NCBI GenBank assembly: GCA_051546255.1
Contig: CP128816.1
Coordinates: forward strand, 1,426,001-1,490,000
DNA: 64,000 bases
Direction of reading: 5' to 3'
DNA from: Meyerozyma guilliermondii
Taxonomy: Eukaryota
The notes below the pieces were generated by a model. The model did not search any database, was not told the DNA's origin, and was given only the letters and a program-made list of their open reading frames with translations. Of the stretch, positions 8,965 to 19,900 are shown piece after piece. The first letter of the stretch is position 1, and each line of letters starts with the position of its first letter. The position numbers were made by a program, and so were the translations under genes.

Positions 8965-11900
8965 CTAGAAAAAATGGGTGTAGCATCGCAGATCCTCATG
9001 CACCTCCATCTCGCTCTTCACCTGGTTGAGCTCTTCCTTGATCATCTGAGCAAGTGCCGGGGTCAATTGGTTACATGTGGCGGTGTCGGGATGCCTGTCG
9101 TAGTCGTCGCCGTTGTAGGTATCGTAGAGAATAATTCGGGAAGAAAACCGAACTCCGGCCGGAGACTGAGGTACGGCATTATTAACCTTGGGAGACCTTT
9201 TGAATGTGCGGGTGATGAACGAATTCATAGACGAAGGACTGGACTGTGAGTCTGTGGTGCCCCACAGCGATATTTTCTTGTGGATGAACAGAGGCTTGGG
9301 GGGTACAGCCAGAACAAGCGGAATATTCTCTTTATCATTTTCAAGTTCCAGTTCCAGCTCCAGCTCCAGTTCGTCGGAAGAGCCTCCAAACCCGTCGCCC
9401 ACTCCAGACTCGTTCGAGTCGTCGCCAAACGAAATGTTGAACAGTTGGTGAGACTCGCTTGATCTGACTTCGTGCATCGTGAGTTTCTCGCCAAAATTGG
9501 GACCTCGAAGTCCACGAAACGACATGGAAATAGGACGAGCTCCCGATGGCTTGTCGTTGGTTCTTGGCACTACGGCCACTTCCTCGGGCAGAGCCGTTGG
9601 CGACGGCAATTTGAACGAGTCAATGGTCTCGAGATTGGGCGTAAGAGGACCGTTGTACTCTTCCTCCACATGATCTGAAACCACAATAGCAGCTGGTTTG
9701 AGCTGTTTTGGTTCTGGTTCTGGTTCTGGTTCAGCTGGTGTAACGACAACCGAAACAGGCTTTGGAATCTCTGCAAGTGACTCCACCGATGCCGATGACG
9801 AGATGATAATAGGCGAAGCTTGAAGTGATGCTTGATGCGAAACTTGACGAGGAGAAGCTTGGGGCGAAGCTTGACGAACTGGTGTCTCTGCTGCGGGAGG
9901 TGTAGGCGATGGCTGGTAACTCGAGTTTCGACTTGGTGAAAGCTGGAAATCCAATTTGTCAAAGTCGATATAGTCCGAAAACTCAATGAAATTATTCAAG
10001 TCGGATGTTCCCTCGGGAGTCAACGACGGAGACTTGGCTTTTTTGGGAGATGGAGTCGAAAGGTGTTGCTCTTTGGCCCGCTTTAATATGCTCTCGGAAC
10101 GAGTCATGCCCGAATTGGGGACAGAAATCGCCCCAGTGTATTGTATAATATTGTCGTCACTTCCATTGTAGTTTGCAAACGAATTGTGCTTCGAACGAAC
10201 CGAGCGAATTGACCTAGACCGTTCCAACGAAACGATACTTTGAACTTCCTGTGCACTGAGCGACTTTGGAAAGAGTGCTTCGCCAAGAAGTTGGTCACTT
10301 GGGTCGTTGGGGTCAAGATCATTGGCTTCCACAGGTTCTGTAGATTCTTTGGAATCATTGACTTCGTTGAGCTGGTGCTCTTTTTTCGCTTCGTCTTCTA
10401 CTTGCTGAGGAGACTTGTATTCCACTTGAAAAGGCGACCCGAATCCGGCGTCAAGCTTCATTTCTTGGTCGAACCGACCGGGGTTATATGGAGTGGCAGG
10501 ATCACTGCTGAGATTGTGCCTATCGTATTCGTCTTCAGGCTCAGAATTCGCGTACGTATCGTTCAAATCGTAGTCACTAACTTCCCTTATTAGCCCTTGC
10601 TTTGGAGGAGGATTGAAAAACTGAGGCTTGTTCATCTCTGACAGTTGCAATTGGTTGATATTCTGTGGTTGTTTGATATTGGAAATGTCTGTCAATTTCT
10701 TTACTGGAGCAGCTGGAGCTGACACATTTGTCTTGGTTTCCTCTGTATTGCGCCTACGAAGCTGCTCACGAGCCACGTTTTGTTCATCCAAATGGCTCAA
10801 TGTGTCGGTTGACTTGCTCTTCTTGAACATACTTTTCCCGGAAGATTGAGATCCAGGATTGGGCTTTGCCAAAGCCGGAGAAGACGCCGAAGTGGGGATG
10901 GTAGCAGGCTCCTTTTTCTTGAACAACGCTCTAAACGAGAACTTTTTCTTTGTGGGTTCGGGTCTCGAAGTGGTGGGTTTTGGTTTCGCTTTCGTCTTCT
11001 CTTCTTCAGGCTTTGAATTGATAAACTTTGACGTCAAGTCGCTGAACGTACTGCTTCGTCTCTGTCTGCCGGGAATGGGCGGCTGGTCTTTGTTTTTGTT
11101 GAAAGACAACGAAAACGACGAATTGGAGCGAGTGTGAGTTGGGAAATCTTGAGGTGGATTTTGAGCAAGCTGTGGTAATGTGGCCGATGCGGTGAGTTTT
11201 CTGGGATTAGCGTCGGCTGGATGCATTGCCTCGAGCTCTGGTTTTTGCTCGGATGGTTTTGGCTCAGTAAGCTTTTTTGGCTCGGTTGGCTTGGCGGCCA
11301 TTGTTGCCAAGATCGTCTTTGATTTCGACTCCGAATCAAGTATATCGTCGGGAATCATCAGTCTCGAAGCTGGTTGAGAGAGAGAAGGCGCTTCTTTTTG
11401 TTCTGCTTCAATCAATGTTTCATCATGATCGGAATAGGCAGATTCTCTTCTTTCTTGGAATGCAGAAATGACCCGAATAGACGGTGAAAAGTCCTTGGTG
11501 GTTTGCTTGATGGTGTGGAACTGAGCCGGTTGGATCAACTCGGGCGTCTCGTCATAAGTGCTGGAACCGGTTCCATCGGTTCGGGCAGACTTGGAGGTGT
11601 TTTTAGACGGAGACATGTCGACGGAAGTAGCCGTTTGAAACGATTGCACCGAGGATGATTCGCCGCCGTGCAAGCTGGGGGTGCTATGAGAGACCAAAGG
11701 AGCTTTTTCTTGGATTTTATCGAGTTTGGGTTTATGAACACGAACATCGTGAGGTTCATTCTGCTCATTCAGTTCGTTCATTTTGTTCGATTCGTTTGGT
11801 TCATTTGGTTGGTTTTGCTCATTCAGCTCGCTGGGCTCCTCTACAATAGCTTCGTTGATTTCCTCACCATTTTTAGGCTTCTTCTTGTTGGCCAACATCG

Positions 11901-12078
11901 ACTCCAATGCCTTCATTGACGGCGAGTTTTTCATGTACGATGTCTTTTCATTTTCCAACGAATGATGAATAGACGATGACGACATGGAATGGGGCACCAG
12001 CACCGACTGGCGGATATTGGCAACGTGTTTCAGGATGGGGCCCGAGTAAAAATTGGCATCTAAGTCGGGAATCGACAT
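8965..12078 (-). CDS. BNI4: Bud-neck Glc7/PP1-targeting scaffold Bni4
   Basis: Conserved C-terminus GVRFSSRIILYDTY..YDRHP..ATCNQLTP..AQMIKEELN..KSEMEVHE..RCYTHFF (RVxF-type PP1 site); long disordered S/P/E-rich body; synteny with YNL233W. Confidence 0.9.
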   Translation of the reverse strand: MSIPDLDANFYSGPILKHVANIRQSVLVPHSMSSSSIHHSLENEKTSYMKNSPSMKALESMLANKKKPKNGEEINEAIVEEPSELNEQNQPNEPNESNKMNELNEQNEPHDVRVHKPKLDKIQEKAPLVSHSTPSLHGGESSSVQSFQTATSVDMSPSKNTSKSARTDGTGSSTYDETPELIQPAQFHTIKQTTKDFSPSIRVISAFQERRESAYSDHDETLIEAEQKEAPSLSQPASRLMIPDDILDSESKSKTILATMAAKPTEPKKLTEPKPSEQKPELEAMHPADANPRKLTASATLPQLAQNPPQDFPTHTRSNSSFSLSFNKNKDQPPIPGRQRRSSTFSDLTSKFINSKPEEEKTKAKPKPTTSRPEPTKKKFSFRALFKKKEPATIPTSASSPALAKPNPGSQSSGKSMFKKSKSTDTLSHLDEQNVAREQLRRRNTEETKTNVSAPAAPVKKLTDISNIKQPQNINQLQLSEMNKPQFFNPPPKQGLIREVSDYDLNDTYANSEPEDEYDRHNLSSDPATPYNPGRFDQEMKLDAGFGSPFQVEYKSPQQVEDEAKKEHQLNEVNDSKESTEPVEANDLDPNDPSDQLLGEALFPKSLSAQEVQSIVSLERSRSIRSVRSKHNSFANYNGSDDNIIQYTGAISVPNSGMTRSESILKRAKEQHLSTPSPKKAKSPSLTPEGTSDLNNFIEFSDYIDFDKLDFQLSPSRNSSYQPSPTPPAAETPVRQASPQASPRQVSHQASLQASPIIISSSASVESLAEIPKPVSVVVTPAEPEPEPEPKQLKPAAIVVSDHVEEEYNGPLTPNLETIDSFKLPSPTALPEEVAVVPRTNDKPSGARPISMSFRGLRGPNFGEKLTMHEVRSSESHQLFNISFGDDSNESGVGDGFGGSSDELELELELELENDKENIPLVLAVPPKPLFIHKKISLWGTTDSQSSPSSMNSFITRTFKRSPKVNNAVPQSPAGVRFSSRIILYDTYNGDDYDRHPDTATCNQLTPALAQMIKEELNQVKSEMEVHEDLRCYTHFF

Positions 12079-12197
12079 CTGGGATTTGATGGTTTTTACC
12101 GTGAAATTAGGTTTTTTAGCGTTTAGCCTTCTTCAGCTTGGTAGCGACTTCCTAGCAGCTCGTTATCAGCTGGTGGCAGCTCGTAGAAGCTCGTCTT

Positions 12198-12746
12198 TTT
12201 CGTGAAAGACGGTTTTTGTTAATCAGAATTAGATTGAAATCAAAAATTCCAAAATAACGTGTTGATTATTTTCAACTATGCAATCGTTATGATGGTCCCT
12301 AGCAGCGTACACACGAAATTGTGAGTTTACTAGACGAGAATCTGGCTCTGGGTGCAGAATCCGTGACTATCCTTGAACTGGAACCAAGAAGGGCGTGGAA
12401 ATTTTCGCGCCCGAAAAGGACAAATGGGGCTGGGGCGCCTATGCGGTGCACAGGCGTAGGAGGCAGAGTAGTGGGGGAGGAAATGACAGTGGGGGATAAG
12501 AGAGAACAAATTCAAATTATCGATGTAATTTGGAATGTGAGATTAGTAGTAGTTTATGATGGGGTGATTGATAGTAATTACGGTAGTACTGGTTTGGATA
12601 TAAATAGAAGTTGAGAATTAAAAATTATAGAAGTAGATTCAGGAAGTTTCAGTTTAAAGTGAAATTGATTTTCCTTTTTATGGTTATTATCTCTGAGTCT
12701 ACTGAGATTGCTGGTTCGCAACGGTTGGGAATTTAGACAAACGCGT
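12198..12746. promoter_or_regulatory. G1/S elements upstream of BNI4: SCB-like TTTCGTG (12198-12204) and CACGAAA (12312-12318), MCB ACGCGT (12741-12746) within a CGCG cluster
   Basis: Exact consensus matches; consistent with cell-cycle-regulated BNI4. Confidence 0.45.
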
Positions 12747-13711
12747 CTCGCGCGCGTCGTGGAACCGATCCGTGTTGGGTGCAGGTAACAGGGCTCCGTC
12801 TAACCCAAAAGCAGATTGTGTGCAGGTCTGGAAGTTGCAACCGATAATTGAGTGCGGTGGATAACGATTTACAAAGTTTGGAAAAGTTGAATAGACAAAA
12901 GTTGGTTGGATCGTACTTTTGTCTCTACATCAGAAGACTGTGTTCATTGATCAATGAGATCGTCACAGGCTAGAGAGAGGCTGCAAGAAAGATCTGAAAA
13001 TTCACTAATGGAATATGGATCATCCTCAGTATCACAAAGTACAATGTCTCAAGATCCAACTTCGAACTTTCCCAATTGGCACAAAACATCTGGAATCTGT
13101 CGCTATATAACACAATGACTCAAAAGTAATATTGAGTCGGTTTCCAACAAATAAGGGGCCATATTTGAAATTTGTTCGATTGTCTATTTCTCAATCTCCA
13201 TAAACGAGGTTGTTCTTTTTTCAGCTTATTGTAAACCAGATAAGTCTGATTGGTCGACAAATCTTCTCAGCTTACTTGAGAGAAACGATAAAAAGGTTGA
13301 AATGGACAGAAATAGTGCAAACCGTATACTAAAATCTAATTCAGTTGGCTTCTGTTGAATCTTATTACAGTTGACGCACTGCAAATGGCTGCAAATTTTC
13401 CGATAAACCGTCAATTACGTTGGTTTGCTTCATAAATTGAATGATCCGATTTACTAATAGCACCAAAAAATCACTAAATCAAGAGCTAAATTGAAAATAG
13501 CTCAACACAATAAAATGAGCATCATTATTTTAAATATATTTTTTATGCTAAATTTAGGTTTTCATGCTATGTCCGTAACCCATCAACGGCCGAATTGACC
13601 AACTCACTATAAATAACTGCCCTCAGCATTCAATATAAATGAACTTGAGAACCAGGTTATTGCACCCGTGCACCCATTTTGCAACATTTGCAACTGCAAC
13701 TTTTTCTGCAA

Positions 13712-14854
13712 CTACATAACAACACAGTTGTCTTTTTTCTTCTTTATACTGGCCCGAACCGACTTTTTTGGTGCTGCTGACACCGAAGGTTTCCTTGCGG
13801 CATCCACAGATCCCATGGCAGAATCTTGCGCCGAGGTTACGGCCGTAGACACACTTCCTCGTTTTCCTTCAAAAACACTAGAAGTTTCAAAATTACTATT
13901 ATTGTTGCTGGTGGAGTTGCTGGTTGTGTTGTAGAGCAGCAGCTGGTACACCTGGTTTGAGGAAAACACCGAGGCATTGCTATCATCGTTTAATCTTAAT
14001 ACTGGATCGATTCCAAATTGAAGAATCGAATTGGCCAAATAAAGGTACACTTTAATCCACAAGATTTCGAGTTCATGAGAAAACCTGTTTCCAAACCGCT
14101 CGTGGAACGTCTGTACCAAAGCTTCACCCATGAGCTCGAAGCTGGCGGGCTCAATACCCAAAATACGTGAGTGCCGTTTGCCCAATGACATCAAATAGTC
14201 GTCCAAAGTGGAGAGATTTTCAAGCTGGGAAACCGCAAACGAGAGCACGCCAGAAAATGCCACTGCCTGGTGCCGAATCAGCGGAAATAAGCTCTCGAGA
14301 TTGGGATCCATGCTTAAAAGATTCGCATAAAGTTGACGACAAAAGAGTGACGAAGCCACTCTCGCTGCACTTGTTCTTGTGACTCCAGGCATTCCCGAGG
14401 TTCCATTTCCATTTCCAGAATTGTTTCCGTTTCCAGAAGTTCCAGAACTATTTCCAGAATTACTTGCCTTTCCAAATACTGGAAATGCTCCCGGAATATT
14501 CGTTGGCTTTGCTTTTTTCGTCACCCCCGGCTGGTCCATGAGCATCTCGTGCCACGAGTACCGGATCAACTCGATCTCCCGTTTGCTGAGCGTAAGACTT
14601 ACTCGGAATTGCAGCTGGAGTGAAAAATGCGAGTCAATTGATCTCTCGGTTTCGATCCTTACAAGGTTATAGTTTTGATCCGAAGAAGAAAATGGCATCG
14701 ATGGCAGGCTTGCGGGCATCACAGGTGCCACCATCAGCGAAACTTCTCGACGTGGCTTGGTTCTCATGGGATTGAGGTTGGAAAGTCTGCCTCGAGCTTG
14801 CCTAACATTCAAGGCGTTTGGGTCTTGTACTCCCATGGCATGCATCGGGATCAT
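13712..14854 (-). CDS. Single-domain globin (YNL234W-like heme protein) with C-terminal polybasic + CaaX motif
   Basis: A-helix ELIRYSW, B10 Tyr (QLYANL), CD1 Phe (LFPS, CTG=Ser), E7 Gln (RHQA), F8 His (LGKRHSR), H-helix LWIKVY; ends KKKKDNCVVM*. Syntenic with YNL234W. Confidence 0.88.
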   Translation of the reverse strand: MIPMHAMGVQDPNALNVRQARGRLSNLNPMRTKPRREVSLMVAPVMPASLPSMPFSSSDQNYNLVRIETERSIDSHFSLQLQFRVSLTLSKREIELIRYSWHEMLMDQPGVTKKAKPTNIPGAFPVFGKASNSGNSSGTSGNGNNSGNGNGTSGMPGVTRTSAARVASSLFCRQLYANLLSMDPNLESLFPLIRHQAVAFSGVLSFAVSQLENLSTLDDYLMSLGKRHSRILGIEPASFELMGEALVQTFHERFGNRFSHELEILWIKVYLYLANSILQFGIDPVLRLNDDSNASVFSSNQVYQLLLYNTTSNSTSNNNSNFETSSVFEGKRGSVSTAVTSAQDSAMGSVDAARKPSVSAAPKKSVRASIKKKKDNCVVM

Positions 14855-16338
14855 GAATAGAGGTCTTTTTTCAGATAAGGGGGTCTCAATGAGTTTTATT
14901 TGGCCGTGAATACTTGCTTAAAAATGCCTATTGTTCTTGAAAATTAAAAAAAAAAAATGGCGGGACGATCTTGTAAACTTTTCTGCTGAAAGAAGAGTTA
15001 GTGAAACAAAACGCGTTTCTGGATGAATCTCACAACTCAATGCACCTTCTAGTAACTTCTTTTCGCCAAAATGTGAGGTTTTAGTGTCAAACCAACGGCC
15101 CTTAAACTTTAATGCAACTAGAGATCGTGCATTGGATCATGCAACCTATATACCCAAAATGGAAAAATACATCGGCAACCGCCATGACGTGCCCGAAATC
15201 TTGCATACAAACCGCGATTGTTGGGTCCGCCCACGACATATCAGCCCACAGTAACTCCACGACTATGATCCAGCCTTCTTGGCGGGACAATGTCGGCATT
15301 TAGACACTGTTATTGTTCAGATTGTACTAGCTCACAAAGATAGTCCCTGCACGATGCTGTACGGCAAGATTCATGCACATTCTGCACACTCGTGCCATCT
15401 CCTAACACCTAGATTCCCAATCGGTCAGCGTGCATATATCGATTCGACGTACTCCAGAAAAGAATGCGCCTCCTTGCACCGGAGAAATCCGAAAAAGGCG
15501 TGCGCCTACCTAAATACGTGCCGCGGCAAACCGCTGCGTAGAGACCCTGGCGCGCCGCTCACGAGTTTGGTGCCGTTCCTATGCGCAATGCAAAGCCCGA
15601 TTCTGGTCGCGGCGTGCGCGGGTTCGGTTAATGTTGCCGAGGGCAAAACGTTCTTAGCATATTGTTCATAATAGCGATATTGCAGGTGCCGCATTAAAGC
15701 TTTTTGTTTCTGCGCGGTTAGCAACTATTGAAGCAGTCCAAGAAATGCAAGATGTATACATATCGGGCACATTCCCGACGTTTATGTCTCTAATGCATGC
15801 ACATGCTTGGCAAACGGAATATTATTTCGCGACGTGATGCAATTTTATCCAATTTTGTATACGGATTCAAACCTTATACTTAAAATTACACCGTTATTTA
15901 CTTACGAACGCATGCGCCTGCACGCATCACTATGTTGCTTTAGGGGTCGAATTCCCCTCATCAAGGCTTGTCGGCAATGTCTCCTTGGCATATGCTGCTC
16001 CACCATGGAAAAATACCCTGATGCAGGGTTATGTACAAGGAAGCCCGAGCGTGCGTCGTGCTTAGGTACTGTACATGGCGGTTCTTCCGAAATGATCTCA
16101 TCGGTGCCGCGGCAATGCCACTTAAGTAAATGAGCCCTGCATTCGGCTGTATGACATGCTATTGTTCTAATACAATGAAGAATAACCCGCCAAAATACGC
16201 CATAACTTCGGGGTAAAGTGCGCCTTGGCAATTGCCTTATATTAAAGTACCAAGGTTATGCCGCTCCAACCCGAGCTGCAGCCTTCTGCCTGCAGATCTC
16301 CAAATGCGTCGTGCCGACATCGACAAGTGTCGGACCTA

Positions 16339-18018
16339 TCAATTACTTTCAGTGTCAATTTTGTCAGCACCGGTGAGTTCAACGTAGTAGCTTTGAAGTG
16401 CCCGTTTAAGCGCTGGAATTAATTTATCCCACCTCAAAATTCGAACTTCTTTATCAAATCCGCGCGGCCGACGAATGTCATAAGACATGATTCTCTTGGC
16501 CAATTCATATCGAAGGTCCTTATTATTAGTGTGTCCCGAGTTTCTTCCCTCTTGTATTCTCAGACTAACTGGTTTTTTCAGCCAAAACGGTACCAAATTA
16601 GACCGGATTCTTCCTCGTTCTTTTCTTCTTTCTTGTGGTTCCGCCAACTGAGTCCCAATAAGTAACTCCACAATTCCCACCACTTCCACCGATGTAATGT
16701 AGTACTCGTAGCCGGTGTGGTACCTGCCCCCATAGCCCGAATATATGGACAGCGACAGAAGTGGCAGTTGAGTATCGTCAGAGCCATTAGTATCTTCTTC
16801 GTCATTATTTTCCATCACCTCACATTGCAAGCACAGCACCTCAATAACGTCGGTATCGGGTCCTCCTGGAAGAGGGACCGGGTTCTCGTTGGCACATCCC
16901 ACAATGGAAAATTTTGCATGCAAATTGGGACCTTCTTGAGTCCTCTCTATTCGGACAATTCGACGGCCATCTTCCAACTCTCCAGCACCCCACATTGGAA
17001 AACATATATCGGGCAACTCGGCGCCATCCAAATGCAATTGAACAGGTACAAACTCGGCAGAACTATATTGGTTTTCCTTGGGCGGTTTACTGGAAGATCC
17101 ACCGGCCGAAACTCCACGAAGAACTCGATATCGTTTTTTCGACGATTTTTTGGGTTCAATTGAAGTTTTGGATTTTTGCATGGCATCCAGCAATTTTTGA
17201 AAGTAGGCATTGGGGTCGTAATCTGTGCCCAACATGGGCTGTTTTGGTTCTTCTTTGACGGGAAACAGCGGTGCTGGTCGGGGAACTCCGGAGCCGAAAA
17301 CCGGCTCTTTCAAGTCGCCTATTTCCGTCAGCGATGCGCTGGAGTTGAACAGGAGCTGGCCGGGGTAAATGGGGTACTCCATAAAGTCGGAGCTGTGATT
17401 AGGGAGCTGGTGATGCAAGTGCTGGATGGGCTGGTTTATGTGGTTTGCCTCGTTCAAATGCGGAAGCAGAAGATGATGCAGAAGCGGGTTCTGATGCATG
17501 GGTTGATGCAAGGGTTGATGCAAGTTTGAATGCGATTGGGACGGCTGGGACAGGTTTTGGTTTTGGTTGTGGTTTTGGAGGTTCTGATTCTGACCGTTCG
17601 TATTAAGGTTTTGGTGGTCTTCGATGTTCTGGTTCTGATTGTTTTGGTTAGGCTGATTGTTTTGACTGGTATTATTTTGATTTTGACTTGGTTTCGAAAA
17701 ACTCATGGGGTCCATCACCAGCGACGACGACGAATAGTATGGCGTCATTGGCGCCTCGAACCCCATCGGCAACGACAGCGTCGATACGTCGGGAACCAGT
17801 CCGTACGCCCCTAATGCGCCATAAGGTGCAGAAAGAGGCGCCGGTGACTGCATCGCAGGTGCCGAAGTGGACACTGCTGCCGCTACCGCTGCAGGAGAGA
17901 GGTACGGGTCCATGTTATTGGCGGCAAACGGAAATTCTGGGTCAGGCACCGGGTCAGTGGCAAACGGAAAGTCGAGGAACGAATTATCTGGGTCTATCAT
18001 CAACGACTGGTGGAACAT
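16339..18018 (-). CDS. MedA/Ren1/Acr1-like (DUF7082) putative developmental regulator with Q/N/H-rich N-terminus
   Basis: C-terminal W..E.EDGRRIVRIER.QEG, VSCLQC (CTG=Ser), YYITSVEVV.IVELL, ERGRIRSNL, IM.Y..RRPRGFDKEVRIL.W..L..ALKRAL.SY parallel the MedA conserved domain as I recall it. Confidence 0.65.
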   Translation of the reverse strand: MFHQSLMIDPDNSFLDFPFATDPVPDPEFPFAANNMDPYLSPAAVAAAVSTSAPAMQSPAPLSAPYGALGAYGLVPDVSTLSLPMGFEAPMTPYYSSSSLVMDPMSFSKPSQNQNNTSQNNQPNQNNQNQNIEDHQNLNTNGQNQNLQNHNQNQNLSQPSQSHSNLHQPLHQPMHQNPLLHHLLLPHLNEANHINQPIQHLHHQLPNHSSDFMEYPIYPGQLLFNSSASLTEIGDLKEPVFGSGVPRPAPLFPVKEEPKQPMLGTDYDPNAYFQKLLDAMQKSKTSIEPKKSSKKRYRVLRGVSAGGSSSKPPKENQYSSAEFVPVQLHLDGAELPDICFPMWGAGELEDGRRIVRIERTQEGPNLHAKFSIVGCANENPVPLPGGPDTDVIEVLCLQCEVMENNDEEDTNGSDDTQLPLLSLSIYSGYGGRYHTGYEYYITSVEVVGIVELLIGTQLAEPQERRKERGRIRSNLVPFWLKKPVSLRIQEGRNSGHTNNKDLRYELAKRIMSYDIRRPRGFDKEVRILRWDKLIPALKRALQSYYVELTGADKIDTESN

Positions 18019-19900
18019 TATCTATTAAGAAATCGTAAAAAACCCAGAAACCTGGAAATTGTTTGTGGCACAACGAAGTAACCACAGGGGCGATTGTGGG
18101 TAACCAGATATATTGCAAGGGACTCAAATAACCGGAATCTATGACCCTATGATAGCGAAGTATTAATTGGTGTGAAAAAAAACTTAAAGGCGGCGTCTCC
18201 TCCTTTTATCTGGTGAGGCTGCATTTGGTCTCCGCCATCAAATCACCGACGTCATTAGACAAAAACAAAAAATTAAAAAATGAAAAAACAATTGCTGCAG
18301 GACCGCACGAAGGAACATTGAATCGCTTCTTCGCCACATGCATAGATCACATGAAAATGATGGAAAATAACCGGTCAACTATGCCGTCGTCACGCCGTCG
18401 GAAAAACTCTAAGCCTGCAATGACGAAGAAACACCGTAATACGACCGCGATTTTTACTATAACATTTTTGTAAACGGCATTTTGTCAACAACACAACCGC
18501 GCACCCTATACCCTATACTCCCCCACTCCTTACCGGGTATCTGCGTGCGTCGCCCGATGCCGATTGTTCCTGCACCCTCAGGCCTTTTTTGTCAAAAGAC
18601 TGCATCATGCTCGTGACGGACTTTAACACCTGTGGCTCGCATCACCTTTAGACGCATCGAACTACAGGGTCTCACTCTATTGCGTTGAGAATGAACCATT
18701 CAATTGCTCACATTACTTGGCTCAAAATCACCATCATTCGCAGCAAATCTCCACATCATGACATCATCGCCGGTAAATGTATTCACGGTTTCAAAAATGC
18801 ATTCATCAGCACGACTGCTTGTTTTGGCGATTGCCGGAACATAAGCTAGATCTGATTGGATGGCGCGTTACCGAGGCATTGTCCCAATTGGGATGCATCA
18901 CCGTGCGAACATTGAAAAATAAATTTAACAATGCGCAAAAATAAAAAAAGTTCATGCAGGGAACTAAAGCTTGCTGTCGGTGCACAGCCCGATTCATCGT
19001 ATAATGTCGATGCAATTAGAGAATCGGTTAAGTTTAGCATTCCTGAGATTGCGGAAACGAGTAAAATAATGCACACTTTTATTTAACTTCGTCAAGAACC
19101 AATTGAATCATGAACGAGTTAGCCTGTATTGGTGTCAACCCAGAGGAGAACTTATTACGATTAGCGTAGAGATCGTCAACTAGAAGCGGAACGGGCTATA
19201 TGCAGAAGCGCATATGCAAGGTTGAGGCATCATCGATCAAGTATAAGCAGTAGATCTTAAAACGTTACCGTAGACGGTGACGACATTGTTTCTGCAGGAA
19301 AGGACCAAGCCGCCGCGTGCATAGCGTCGCATTGTTACATTATGGAGATTGGTGTGTTGATGTATTGCATGCAATGCACCAAAAGGGTCACGAAATATGT
19401 AACAATGATGCAATGGAACCGCAATTCGATGCATGGAAAAAGTTGATGACTGCGACGAACTGCGGCTGTTTTCGAAGAATCCGAAAAAGTAAGTGAAGGA
19501 GCTAAAATTGAAAAGAAGTAAAGTATACGAATTTTTATTTGGGAATGGAAATGAATTACGAAAGTGAGAATTAGCATTAAAATTTTAAAATTTGAGAATA
19601 TTGAAAGATTGAAAATATTTGGAAATTTTCAGAATACGAAAATAATATGAAGTAGATAAAAAGAATCTAAATAATAATTGACTAGTCATTGCTCAAATCT
19701 AAATTGGTCACGATGAAAATAGATTCAATTTAATACTGTTGGCTCGCAATTACCCCATATTATGTAAGTAGACCCTAGATAGTGCGATGGTCACAGTTAA
19801 CACTACTAGTCACTATTCAATCACTATTTAATGCACTCAGCCTACTCCACTCAGTAAACTGAAAGCAGTAGTCTCTACACCCTCTCAAATGACCTGTATT

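Noticed and set aside
12954..13118. 54-codon ATG ORF and other short ORFs in the BNI4-globin intergene
   Set aside because: No motif or codon support; no LTR pair or transposase remnant recognised.
13661..13675. Tandem TGCACCC (Aft-type iron element)
   Set aside because: Lies 3' of the globin gene within a TGCA-rich simple repeat, not in a plausible promoter position.
18019..19900. Possible centromere or hidden ncRNA gene in the long intergene
   Set aside because: No diagnostic sequence seen; only a short AT-rich patch. More simply explained as a long promoter, but cannot be excluded without RNA-seq or Cse4 ChIP.
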